The notes under the pieces are model-generated. The model was not told where the DNA came from. It saw nothing but the letters and a program-made list of their open reading frames with translations, and searched no databases. DNA of 64,000 nt from an uncultured Acidobacteriota bacterium (GTDB taxonomy: Bacteria > Actinomycetota > Acidimicrobiia > Spongiisociales > ZC4RG35): positions 288,001-352,000 of the forward strand of contig CAWHEU010000018.1 in the NCBI GenBank assembly GCA_963828465.1, given 5' to 3'. Shown here piece by piece: positions 56,272 to 64,000 of this stretch. A program made the position numbers and the translations under genes. Within the stretch, counting starts at the first letter, position 1. Every line of letters starts with the position of its first letter.

Positions 56272-58545
56272 GTGGCTAGGAAATCGGCCGAACCCCCAGA
56301 ATTGCTGACCGGGCCGGCCGACTCGCGGGTCGTCTACCTCCTGGACGCCGCCTCCGACTACGAAGCCTCCCTCCTCACCCGATGGGCCGGGGACGAGATC
56401 GGTCGCGAGCTCGAGACGGTCAGGATCACGTCGTCGCGGCGGGGCAAGGGCGGTGACATCGATGCCCTGACCGATACGTTGGTCGCTGCCGACGACCCCT
56501 TCCTCATACCGCTTCGAGTCCTCTGGCTGGCTCCGATCAAGAAGGGTCGAAGGGCTGTCAGCTGGTGGGACATGATGCGACCAGGAGACGCCAGGGACCC
56601 GAGAGGGCTACGGGCGAGATGGATCAGAATGGCCCGGCCGGGGCGGATTCGATTCACCGCCGCCGCCGGGGCTCATGCCGCTGACCTCGCCGATGACTAT
56701 CAGGCCTCGGGCCAGGTGGACCCCTTGTCCAACTACGTGACCAGAAGGGCGTGGCTAATTCTCGACCGGGCCGAGCGGAGGCTGGTGGGCAACCGATACA
56801 AGATCCCCCGGTTCGTGCCCGAGGCCATCCTCTCCAGGCGAGAGTTCCTCGAGGCGGTGGACGCCGTCGCCGCCGAGACCGATATGACCCCCGCCCTGGC
56901 ACGCGAGAAGGCGGAGCGTTATCTCCGCGAGATCGCCGCCACTCACTCGCCGTATGTGATCGATCTGATCGCCAACGCCATCCACAAGCTGTACAGCCAG
57001 GGCTACGGCGACATCAAGTATTCGGAGGACGACGTCCGACGTCTCGCCGCTCTGGGCGATGGCGACCCGATCATCTTCCTACCCGCCCACCGCTCGAATC
57101 TCGACCGTCTGAGCCTCCAGTTCATGCTCTGGGAGAACGACTTCCCCCCCAACCACACGGCAGGGGGCATCAATCTGAACTTCTTCCCGGTGGGGCCACT
57201 CGTCCGACGCACCGGTGTGTTCTTCATCCGCCGCTCCTTCAAGGACAACCCTCTCTACAAGATGGTCCTGCGCTCGTATCTGGACTATCTGGTCGAGAAG
57301 CGGTTCCCCCTCGAGTGGTACATGGAGGGAGGACGGTCGCGCTCGGGGAAGCTGATGCCTCCTCGTCTCGGGCTTCTTAGCTACGTGACGGATTCCATGC
57401 ATCGGGGCAAGGCGGAGGATCTCCAGTTGGTCCCGGTGTCGATTGCCTACGACCAGATTCAGGACGTCCCCGACTACGCCCGTGAGGCGCAGGGAAAGGA
57501 CAAGGAGAAGGAATCTCTCGGGTGGATGCTGAAGGCGGTGCGGTCCCTACGCCGGCGATACGGGGACATCCATATCCGGTTTGGGGAGCCTGTTTCGGCG
57601 CGGAGCATGGTCGGACCTACGGACCTCGGCGAAGAGACGTCCATCGGGTTGCAGAAACTGGCCTTCGAGGTGATGTATCGGATCGCACATGTCACCCCGA
57701 TCACCCCGACTGCCGTGATCAGTGTTGCCCTTCTCGCCGCGAGGGGTACGGCCCGGACGTCAGACCAATTGGCCGAGGGGGCCGCCCAGCTCGTGGAGTT
57801 CGCCCGGGCCCGCGACCTCCCCACCACCGAGGATTCAGATCTGCGCGACCCGTCGCGGGTGGCCACCATCCTCGATTGGCTCGCCGAGCACGACAACGTG
57901 AGCAGTCACGAGGCCCTCGGGCGACGGGTCTTCTGGCTCGACGAGGATCAGATGATTCGAATCTCGTACTACCGCAACATGATCGTGCATTTCTTCGTCA
58001 ATCGCGCCCTGGCCGAGATGGCGATCGGCTCGGTCGCCGAGACCGGCGAGGAGCACCCGGAACAGGTGAGGGATGCCCTTCTCGCTTACCGCGACCTGCT
58101 CAAGTTCGAGTTCTTCTTCCCGGAAAAGGACCAGTTCCTCGCCGACGTCGAGTCCGACATCGCCATCGACGTCCCCGGATGGGAGCATGTTCTGACCACG
58201 ACCGGGTCGGCCGAGGTGCAGGCCAAGCTCGGGTCGCCTCTGGCCTACTGGGCGGTGCTGCCGATCCTCGACGCCTATCAAGTGGTAGGTGACGAGCTAG
58301 AAAGCCTCAAGCGCCGATACGAAGAGAAGTCCTTCCTCAAGGCGTGCTTGGCCCGGGCCCGCATGTACCGGATCGAGGAGCGGCTCATCTCGGGCGAGAG
58401 CGCCAGCCAGGTCCTCTTCAAGTCGGCGCTTGCCCTCGCCGCCAACAGAGGTCTGATCGATGACGCCGAGGGTGTCGCCGCCCGCCGCGCCGCATTCGCC
58501 GCCGAAGTCCGCAACGCCCGTACCCTCGCCGCCGCCGGGCTGTAG
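56272..58545 (+). CDS. plsB: Glycerol-3-phosphate 1-O-acyltransferase (PlsB type)
   Basis: HRSNLD (HX4D), FFIRR, EGGRSRSGKL, VPVSIAYDQ. Confidence 0.9.
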   Translation: MARKSAEPPELLTGPADSRVVYLLDAASDYEASLLTRWAGDEIGRELETVRITSSRRGKGGDIDALTDTLVAADDPFLIPLRVLWLAPIKKGRRAVSWWDMMRPGDARDPRGLRARWIRMARPGRIRFTAAAGAHAADLADDYQASGQVDPLSNYVTRRAWLILDRAERRLVGNRYKIPRFVPEAILSRREFLEAVDAVAAETDMTPALAREKAERYLREIAATHSPYVIDLIANAIHKLYSQGYGDIKYSEDDVRRLAALGDGDPIIFLPAHRSNLDRLSLQFMLWENDFPPNHTAGGINLNFFPVGPLVRRTGVFFIRRSFKDNPLYKMVLRSYLDYLVEKRFPLEWYMEGGRSRSGKLMPPRLGLLSYVTDSMHRGKAEDLQLVPVSIAYDQIQDVPDYAREAQGKDKEKESLGWMLKAVRSLRRRYGDIHIRFGEPVSARSMVGPTDLGEETSIGLQKLAFEVMYRIAHVTPITPTAVISVALLAARGTARTSDQLAEGAAQLVEFARARDLPTTEDSDLRDPSRVATILDWLAEHDNVSSHEALGRRVFWLDEDQMIRISYYRNMIVHFFVNRALAEMAIGSVAETGEEHPEQVRDALLAYRDLLKFEFFFPEKDQFLADVESDIAIDVPGWEHVLTTTGSAEVQAKLGSPLAYWAVLPILDAYQVVGDELESLKRRYEEKSFLKACLARARMYRIEERLISGESASQVLFKSALALAANRGLIDDAEGVAARRAAFAAEVRNARTLAAAGL

Positions 58546-58552
58546 CGCTCGT

Positions 58553-59047
58553 TCAACCTGGTCTCCCCCATTTCTTGCGCGCCTCGTCGATCAGCTGGCG
58601 CGATGTCTTCGGCTCGGGAGGTACCAGCGGTGGGGGGAGGTCGACGGGTTCCACGGCTGAAGTCTCCGTCGGTGACGAGGCCGGCTTTGGCGCCGGCTTG
58701 GTGATTATGGGCGGTGCCGGGCTTGGCGCTGGCGGCGTTTCCGTGTGCATCGATTCGATCCGAATGGTTGGCACCCGCTTATCGGTTGGGCCGGGCACCG
58801 GTGCCGGCGTGGCCGGCTCGATTTGCGTCTCCATGGTGCGGGCCCGGCGGCGAAGGGCGCGACCGGCCCACAGGAGCAGGACACCGGGGATGGCGCTCCC
58901 AAAAGCACCGGCAAAGAAACCCTCGCTGATTCCCACGTCGGACAGCACGCCGATCCCGCCCAACACGAGGAAGCCGAGCCAGAGTGTCCCGAGGATGGTG
59001 AGGACCCGCCCCAAACAGCCGACAGGATTGACGTTCTGATCAGCCAC
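58553..59047 (-). CDS. Membrane protein with 2 TM helices and a Pro-rich tail
   Basis: Hydrophobic hairpin, then a P/A/T-rich region ending KTSRQLIDEARKKWG. Confidence 0.65.
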   Translation of the reverse strand: MADQNVNPVGCLGRVLTILGTLWLGFLVLGGIGVLSDVGISEGFFAGAFGSAIPGVLLLWAGRALRRRARTMETQIEPATPAPVPGPTDKRVPTIRIESMHTETPPAPSPAPPIITKPAPKPASSPTETSAVEPVDLPPPLVPPEPKTSRQLIDEARKKWGRPG

Positions 59048-59064
59048 TGACGCTCATTCAAACA

Positions 59065-60231
59065 TCAGGGCCGTGTCAGCACCGCCCGAAGCCGCCAGCT
59101 GGCAAGCAGGAGCAGGACGGTGGCGTATACGACCAGGACGCCCAGCTCGGGGAGGATGTCGGCCACAGTTCCATCCCGGCGGACGAGATCGGCGAACCCG
59201 TCGAGCGCCCATGCGTGCGGCGTGAGATGTGCAACCCGGGTCATAGCCGGGGAGAACAACTCGATCGGGAGCATGCACCCGCCCAAGGCCGCCAGCCCGA
59301 GGCTGAGGACGACACCGATTCCGCCGGCCTGTTGGTCGTTCTTGAAGGTCGCCCCCATCAGCATCCCGGCTCCGGCCCCCACCGCCGAGAAGGCGACCAG
59401 GATGAGAAGGGCACCCCATGGATCACCCCAATCGACCCGGAACAGGAGATAAGTCACGATCACGATGTAGAGCCCCTGGACCATCGCCACCGCCCAGCGC
59501 CCGGCGCCCTCGCCACCGACGATGGTCCCCGTGGAGGTTGGCGTTGAGAGCATGCGGCGCGAAATGCCGAGCTTCCTGCTGAGTATCAGAGCAGCCGACC
59601 CGGCAAGGGCGGTCAGGAAGGTGAACAGGACGAGTTGCTGCGCGGCCCCCAGGTCGAACCTGCCCAGCGTCGTTGGGAAAAGCGCCTCACCGACCGCGGT
59701 GGTCTCGACATCGAGCCCGGGGGCGGCATCGGTCTGTGACCGTGCCACCTCCAGAGCCTCGTCGAAGCTCGCTTCCGCTTTTTCGGCCCCGAACTGGGCC
59801 GCCCCCACCGGCGTCATCACCCGGGCGACGCCGGCGCTGACGACCGACTGCAATTGGGGGCCGGCACCATCGGGTCTTGCCACGAATCCCATCTCGACCT
59901 GCTCTCCGGCTTCGGCTCTACCACTGGCCCCGGCCGGGATGAACAGGCCCGCCTGGACCGTGCCTCGCTCGACGGCGTCGAGCAATCCGTCCCGTGTCTC
60001 GAAGATCGTCACCGCCAACGAATCGTCACTCTGGATCTCCTCGGTGATGGCGGTCGCCAGCGGGTCCTCGTCCTCCTGGTGAATCCCGACCCCGGGATCG
60101 AAGTCCCCGCCGAACTGAGCCCCGATGAGGAGGATCAGGGCGATCGGGAAGATGAAGACGAAGAAGATGTTGGAGCGCTCGCGCAACATGCGGCGCACGT
60201 TGGAACCGGCGATGGCGAGGATTTTCCTCAT
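59065..60231 (-). CDS. ABC-2 type exporter permease
   Basis: RERSNIFFVFIFP, RMLSTP, LGGCMLP, TPHAWA. Confidence 0.9.
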   Translation of the reverse strand: MRKILAIAGSNVRRMLRERSNIFFVFIFPIALILLIGAQFGGDFDPGVGIHQEDEDPLATAITEEIQSDDSLAVTIFETRDGLLDAVERGTVQAGLFIPAGASGRAEAGEQVEMGFVARPDGAGPQLQSVVSAGVARVMTPVGAAQFGAEKAEASFDEALEVARSQTDAAPGLDVETTAVGEALFPTTLGRFDLGAAQQLVLFTFLTALAGSAALILSRKLGISRRMLSTPTSTGTIVGGEGAGRWAVAMVQGLYIVIVTYLLFRVDWGDPWGALLILVAFSAVGAGAGMLMGATFKNDQQAGGIGVVLSLGLAALGGCMLPIELFSPAMTRVAHLTPHAWALDGFADLVRRDGTVADILPELGVLVVYATVLLLLASWRLRAVLTRP

Positions 60232-61409
60232 CGCGTCAGCTTTCGCTGGAGGAGCACCCACGCCACGGTTCCGAAGACGAGCGTGAACAGGAGCAGGGCA
60301 CCGACCGCTGGCAGAACCTCGGTCCACTCCGCTCCACCGGAGATGTTGGCGAGACCACGCAAGAACCAGGCGTGGGGGGTCAGATAGGAGAGCCTGGCGA
60401 GAAAGTCGTTGCCCTGGCCGATCGGAAAGAAGGTCCCGCCCAGCATCCCCAGAATCACCGCGATGATCGCCCCCAGGTTGGCGGCGCCGTCGGCACTGGT
60501 GGCGGTGGCGGCGACTACCCCCATGATGGAGGTCGCGGCAAGGACGCCGGCGATGACCAGCAGCGCCACCCCCAGAGGGGGGCCCCACTCCGCATCCATC
60601 AGGTAGTGAGTGGCAACGATCAACACGGTCATCGAGATGACACCGAGCGCGAACGAGAGGATCGCCTTGCCCGCCACCACGCTGCTATGGCTGATCGGCG
60701 CCGCCAGCAGCCGTGCCAGGGTTCCGCCCTGTTTCTCCTCGAGGATGCCGACGACACCGAACTGAACGGTGAAGAAGAGGAAGAACACAGCCATACCCGC
60801 CGCAAAGAACGTGTTGGCGTCGAGTTGCCGGGTGTCGGCGGAGACATCCACGAAGGTGAAGGCCGGCGGACGAAGGGCTGCCTCCTGGCCCCAGGTGGCA
60901 AGCTCATCCGGAGGCGGTGGCTGGCCGAGAGCGATCGCCGTGGTGACCGAGAGCTGTGACCGCGCGATGGCCGATCCGAATTCGGAGGCGATCGCGGACG
61001 TCACTTGGGTCGTCGTCTGGCTGTCGACATCGCCGACCACCTCGATCGTGAATGGCTGGCCCTGGATGGCAGCGTCGCCGAGACCCTGGTTGAGAAGGAT
61101 GTAGGCGCCGATCTCGCCATCCTCGACCGAGGTCTCGGCCGCAGCCGCGTCTTCGAACTCGGTCACGACCAGAACTCCCTCGGCTTCCAGCCCGGAGAGC
61201 GCATCGCCCAGAGACTGCGACACCTGGGTGTCGTCCAGGTCGACCCATCCGACCTCGAGGTCCAATGCCTCCTCGCTAAATGTGCCGCCGAAGACGAGGT
61301 GGAAGATGTAAGCCAGCGCCAGCGGGGTGACGATCCCCATGATGAACGCCGAACGATCACGTACACGGAGCTTGAGGTCCTTCCCCGCGATCCGGGTCGC
61401 CGCCCCCAT
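60228..61409 (-). CDS. ABC-2 type exporter permease
   Basis: KDLKLRVRDR, EEKQGGTLARLLAAP, LGGTFFP, TPHAWF. Confidence 0.9.
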   Translation of the reverse strand: MGAATRIAGKDLKLRVRDRSAFIMGIVTPLALAYIFHLVFGGTFSEEALDLEVGWVDLDDTQVSQSLGDALSGLEAEGVLVVTEFEDAAAAETSVEDGEIGAYILLNQGLGDAAIQGQPFTIEVVGDVDSQTTTQVTSAIASEFGSAIARSQLSVTTAIALGQPPPPDELATWGQEAALRPPAFTFVDVSADTRQLDANTFFAAGMAVFFLFFTVQFGVVGILEEKQGGTLARLLAAPISHSSVVAGKAILSFALGVISMTVLIVATHYLMDAEWGPPLGVALLVIAGVLAATSIMGVVAATATSADGAANLGAIIAVILGMLGGTFFPIGQGNDFLARLSYLTPHAWFLRGLANISGGAEWTEVLPAVGALLLFTLVFGTVAWVLLQRKLTR

Positions 61410-61411
61410 GA

Positions 61412-62350
61412 TCAGTCGCGCAGGGCCTTGCCGGTCAGATGCAGGAAAACCGCCTCGAGATTGGGCTCCGACACGGCCACTCCGGTGACGTTGGCGCCGG
61501 TCGCAGCCACCCGGGACAGCAACTCGGGAAGAACTGACGAAGCGTCGTCCGCCAGGACGTCCACACCTGAGTCGGCAGGGCTGGCCTCGTGGACCGCCGG
61601 CAACTCGGAAGCGACGCGGGCGACTTCGACCAGGTCCCCGGTCACCGTCACACTGATCCGGTCCTTCTCCCCCACTAGTGACACCAGCTCGCGTCTGGTG
61701 CCCTCGGCCTTGATCACCCCTTCGTCGATGATGGCCACACGGTCGCAGAGCCGCTCGGCCTCCTCCATGTAGTGGGTCGTGTAGAGAACTGCTATCCCCT
61801 CGCCTGATAGGTCTTCGACCGATTCGAGGATGGCGTTCCGGGACTGGGGATCCACCCCGACTGTGGGCTCGTCCAGTATGAGCAGGCGCGGGCGGTGGAG
61901 CAGCCCGATGCCGATGTTCAGTCTCCGTTGCATACCGCCGGAGAACTCGCTGACCAGGTCGTCCTTACGCTCGGAGAGGCCGATCACCTCGAGCACCTCC
62001 TCTACACGTTTGTCCAACGTCTCGCCGGGCATGTCGTAGAGACGCCCGAAAAACCTCAGGTTCTCCGTCGCAGTCAGGTCGGGGTAGATGGCGATTTCCT
62101 GAGGCACCAGACCGATGTCCGCCCTTCCGTCGGTCGAATTGGTCCGGATCTGGGTTCCGGCAACGTGGACGGTGCCGTTGTCCGGCTCCAGTAGACCGGC
62201 GACCATCGAAATCGACGTGGTCTTGCCCGCCCCGTTAGGCCCGAGGAGGCCAAAAGTCTCCCCCTCCACGATCTCGAAGCTGACCCCGTTCACCGCGATC
62301 AGATCCCCGAAGCTCTTGATGAGCCCTTGAGCTGCCAGGACCGTCGTCAT
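61412..62350 (-). CDS. ABC exporter ATP-binding subunit
   Basis: GPNGAGKTT, FSGGMQRR, LDEPTVGVD, TTHYMEEAE. Confidence 0.95.
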   Translation of the reverse strand: MTTVLAAQGLIKSFGDLIAVNGVSFEIVEGETFGLLGPNGAGKTTSISMVAGLLEPDNGTVHVAGTQIRTNSTDGRADIGLVPQEIAIYPDLTATENLRFFGRLYDMPGETLDKRVEEVLEVIGLSERKDDLVSEFSGGMQRRLNIGIGLLHRPRLLILDEPTVGVDPQSRNAILESVEDLSGEGIAVLYTTHYMEEAERLCDRVAIIDEGVIKAEGTRRELVSLVGEKDRISVTVTGDLVEVARVASELPAVHEASPADSGVDVLADDASSVLPELLSRVAATGANVTGVAVSEPNLEAVFLHLTGKALRD

Positions 62351-62358
62351 CTCCTCCT

Positions 62359-63765
62359 CTATGCCGATGCGAGCGGCACCCTACCGATGGTGAGCCCGAC
62401 CGCCGCCGCCTGACCGGCGGTGGGCTCGGCACAACAGAACCAGCTCTCGGTAAGGCGCGGCGCCGGTGGCGACGAAGGCATGACCGCCATTTGAACACCT
62501 GTCATCTCCCCGATCCTCTCCCGCATCAGGAGCAGGGTGTCGCCGGCTTCCGCCCCGCAATCGGAGGCCTCGGCAGCGATGGAGTCGAGAGATCTATGCA
62601 GCCGCTCTGTGGTGTGGTCTGCGAACCGCCACGACCAGGTCAACGATTCTGGTTGATAGGCGGTCAGGTAGGGGACGACGGCGGGGTGTCTCTCCAGGAG
62701 CGACCCCTCGGGGATGAGGAGCTTGATCGCCAGTTGCACGGGGTCGGTCGCCGACCACAGCCGATGATCGTCGATGAAGCCCACGATGCCGGCCAGATCC
62801 CTCGGCGTGGTCCACGGGAAGAAAGGGAGCCAGGTCGGCCTCACATGGATGCCGGAGGAGCGAAGTAATGCCACCGCCTCGGACATGTCAGCCGCCGTGT
62901 GGTTCTTGTCGAGCACGTCGAGAGTGCGATCGTCGGTGCTCTCGAAGGCGCTGACCACGAAGAGAACGCCGAGCTCCGCCATCTCGGGCCACAGTGACCG
63001 ATGCACCAGGATGTGCTCGACCTTGACGGTCAGGTCGAAGGTCAGCTCAGGATGAGTGGTGTGGGCCTCCCTCAACAGGTCCATCGAATACCGGGGCGCG
63101 TTGAGAAAGTCCGGATCGCCGAATGTCACGTGCTGGATCCCGTCGGAAGCGAGCTGGTCGATGTCCGCCAGCACGGAATCCGCCCCGACCACCCGCATCC
63201 TCCCGTCGTAGACAACGGGGATGGGGCAATGACGACAGCGGTGCCGGCATCCGTGCGAAGCCTCGACTGCGGCTGCGAGACGCGCCTCGCCCATCCACTC
63301 GAGACGGGCGTAGTTGTCGTGTGATGGCAGCGCGGATCGCTCGGGCTGGTGAAACCTCGTCCGCCCCCGACTCCGGCTCACGCCGTCCCCTCCAGTTACC
63401 GAGCCCACGGTCGTTGCCCATTCAACGAGAGCCGGCTCGTACTCGCCGACAAACACCGAGTCGGCAACATCGCCTACTACCCGGTCCTGACCTACGCCGG
63501 CGTACAGACCGTAAAAGGCGATCGGAAGCCGGGGCTGCTGGCGGCGCAACTCCCTCGCCATCGGGATGGCGAGACGCATGGCGGTGTGCATCGGCACCGA
63601 GAAGGCGACGGCGTCGGCGCCGTCCAGACGGGAGCTGTCCCAGTCCTCCACGGCGAGATCGACAGTGACGACGTCGACGCCGGCCGCGGCGAGGGCCGCC
63701 GCCGGAGAGGCGATGTGGACCGGCTGACGCCCCAGCTCGTACGTGGAGACGAGGAGCAAGCGCAT
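62359..63765 (-). CDS. CUAEP/CCAEP-tail radical SAM protein (Cys form)
   Basis: B12-binding-like N-domain (STYELGRQP, SVPMHTA), CRHRCRHC radical SAM motif, C-terminal PRLTESWFCCAEPT. Confidence 0.85.
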   Translation of the reverse strand: MRLLLVSTYELGRQPVHIASPAAALAAAGVDVVTVDLAVEDWDSSRLDGADAVAFSVPMHTAMRLAIPMARELRRQQPRLPIAFYGLYAGVGQDRVVGDVADSVFVGEYEPALVEWATTVGSVTGGDGVSRSRGRTRFHQPERSALPSHDNYARLEWMGEARLAAAVEASHGCRHRCRHCPIPVVYDGRMRVVGADSVLADIDQLASDGIQHVTFGDPDFLNAPRYSMDLLREAHTTHPELTFDLTVKVEHILVHRSLWPEMAELGVLFVVSAFESTDDRTLDVLDKNHTAADMSEAVALLRSSGIHVRPTWLPFFPWTTPRDLAGIVGFIDDHRLWSATDPVQLAIKLLIPEGSLLERHPAVVPYLTAYQPESLTWSWRFADHTTERLHRSLDSIAAEASDCGAEAGDTLLLMRERIGEMTGVQMAVMPSSPPAPRLTESWFCCAEPTAGQAAAVGLTIGRVPLASA

Positions 63766-63804
63766 CGAGCCAGTGTATGACCCGCCCCCGGTACCCTTTC
63801 GACG

Positions 63805-64000
63805 ATGGGCAACTACGTGAGCACCCCCCAGGGACCGATGCACGAAATCGACTTCGGGGGGACCGGGCCGAGCCTGATCCTCATCCACGGCCTGGGCGGA
63901 TCGACGACCAACTGGAACGCGGTGGCGCCGGCGCTGACCGCCCTCGGTCGGGTGCGGGCCGTCGATCTCCCCGGGTTCGGCCTCACCCCGCCGCGGTCAG
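63805..64000 (+). CDS. Alpha/beta hydrolase, 5' part (truncated by window edge)
   Basis: LILIHGLGGSTTNW..AVDLPGFG; TACCCT -10 box 7 nt before ATG. Confidence 0.85.
   Translation, partial: MGNYVSTPQGPMHEIDFGGTGPSLILIHGLGGSTTNWNAVAPALTALGRVRAVDLPGFGLTPPRS

Noticed and set aside
62420-62450. Selenocysteine recoding in the radical SAM tail
   Set aside because: Both codons are TGT; there is no in-frame TGA

Overview
High-GC actinobacterial chromosome segment. Gene content (AdnAB, DUF3052, DUF222-HNH, PlsX/PlsY, many leaderless genes) suggests Acidimicrobiia; this is an inference. Most of the window is housekeeping: ppc, upp, argF'/argB/argC, sulfur-transfer genes, deoA, etfBA, the cdd-ftsY-smc-acyP-mutM-rnc-plsX-rpmF-coaD-rsmD-recG block, rpmB, a murF/ddl-like trio, fabI, gdh, adnAB, plsY, dtd, plsB, an ABC exporter and a CCAEP-tail radical SAM gene. 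No rRNA, tRNA, CRISPR array or transposase was found. The most striking signal is at about 44.2-46.1 kb. Two unannotated, related, highly structured minus-strand RNAs (about 360 nt and 150 nt, rich in UUCG/GNRA tetraloops, each with its own sigma-70-type promoter and a shared covarying 3' hairpin) flank a DUF222/HNH endonuclease gene that has a PafBC/RecA-NDp-type DNA-damage promoter. Other hidden elements: a leaderless Met/Cys-rich leader peptide with alternative RNA helices before a sulfurtransferase, the same DNA-damage promoter motif before a RecB-family nuclease and before a 45-aa ORF leading adnAB, two chained mini-ORFs coupled to etfB, and a frameshifted hydrolase. All assignments are by eye from motifs; no searches or folding programs were run.
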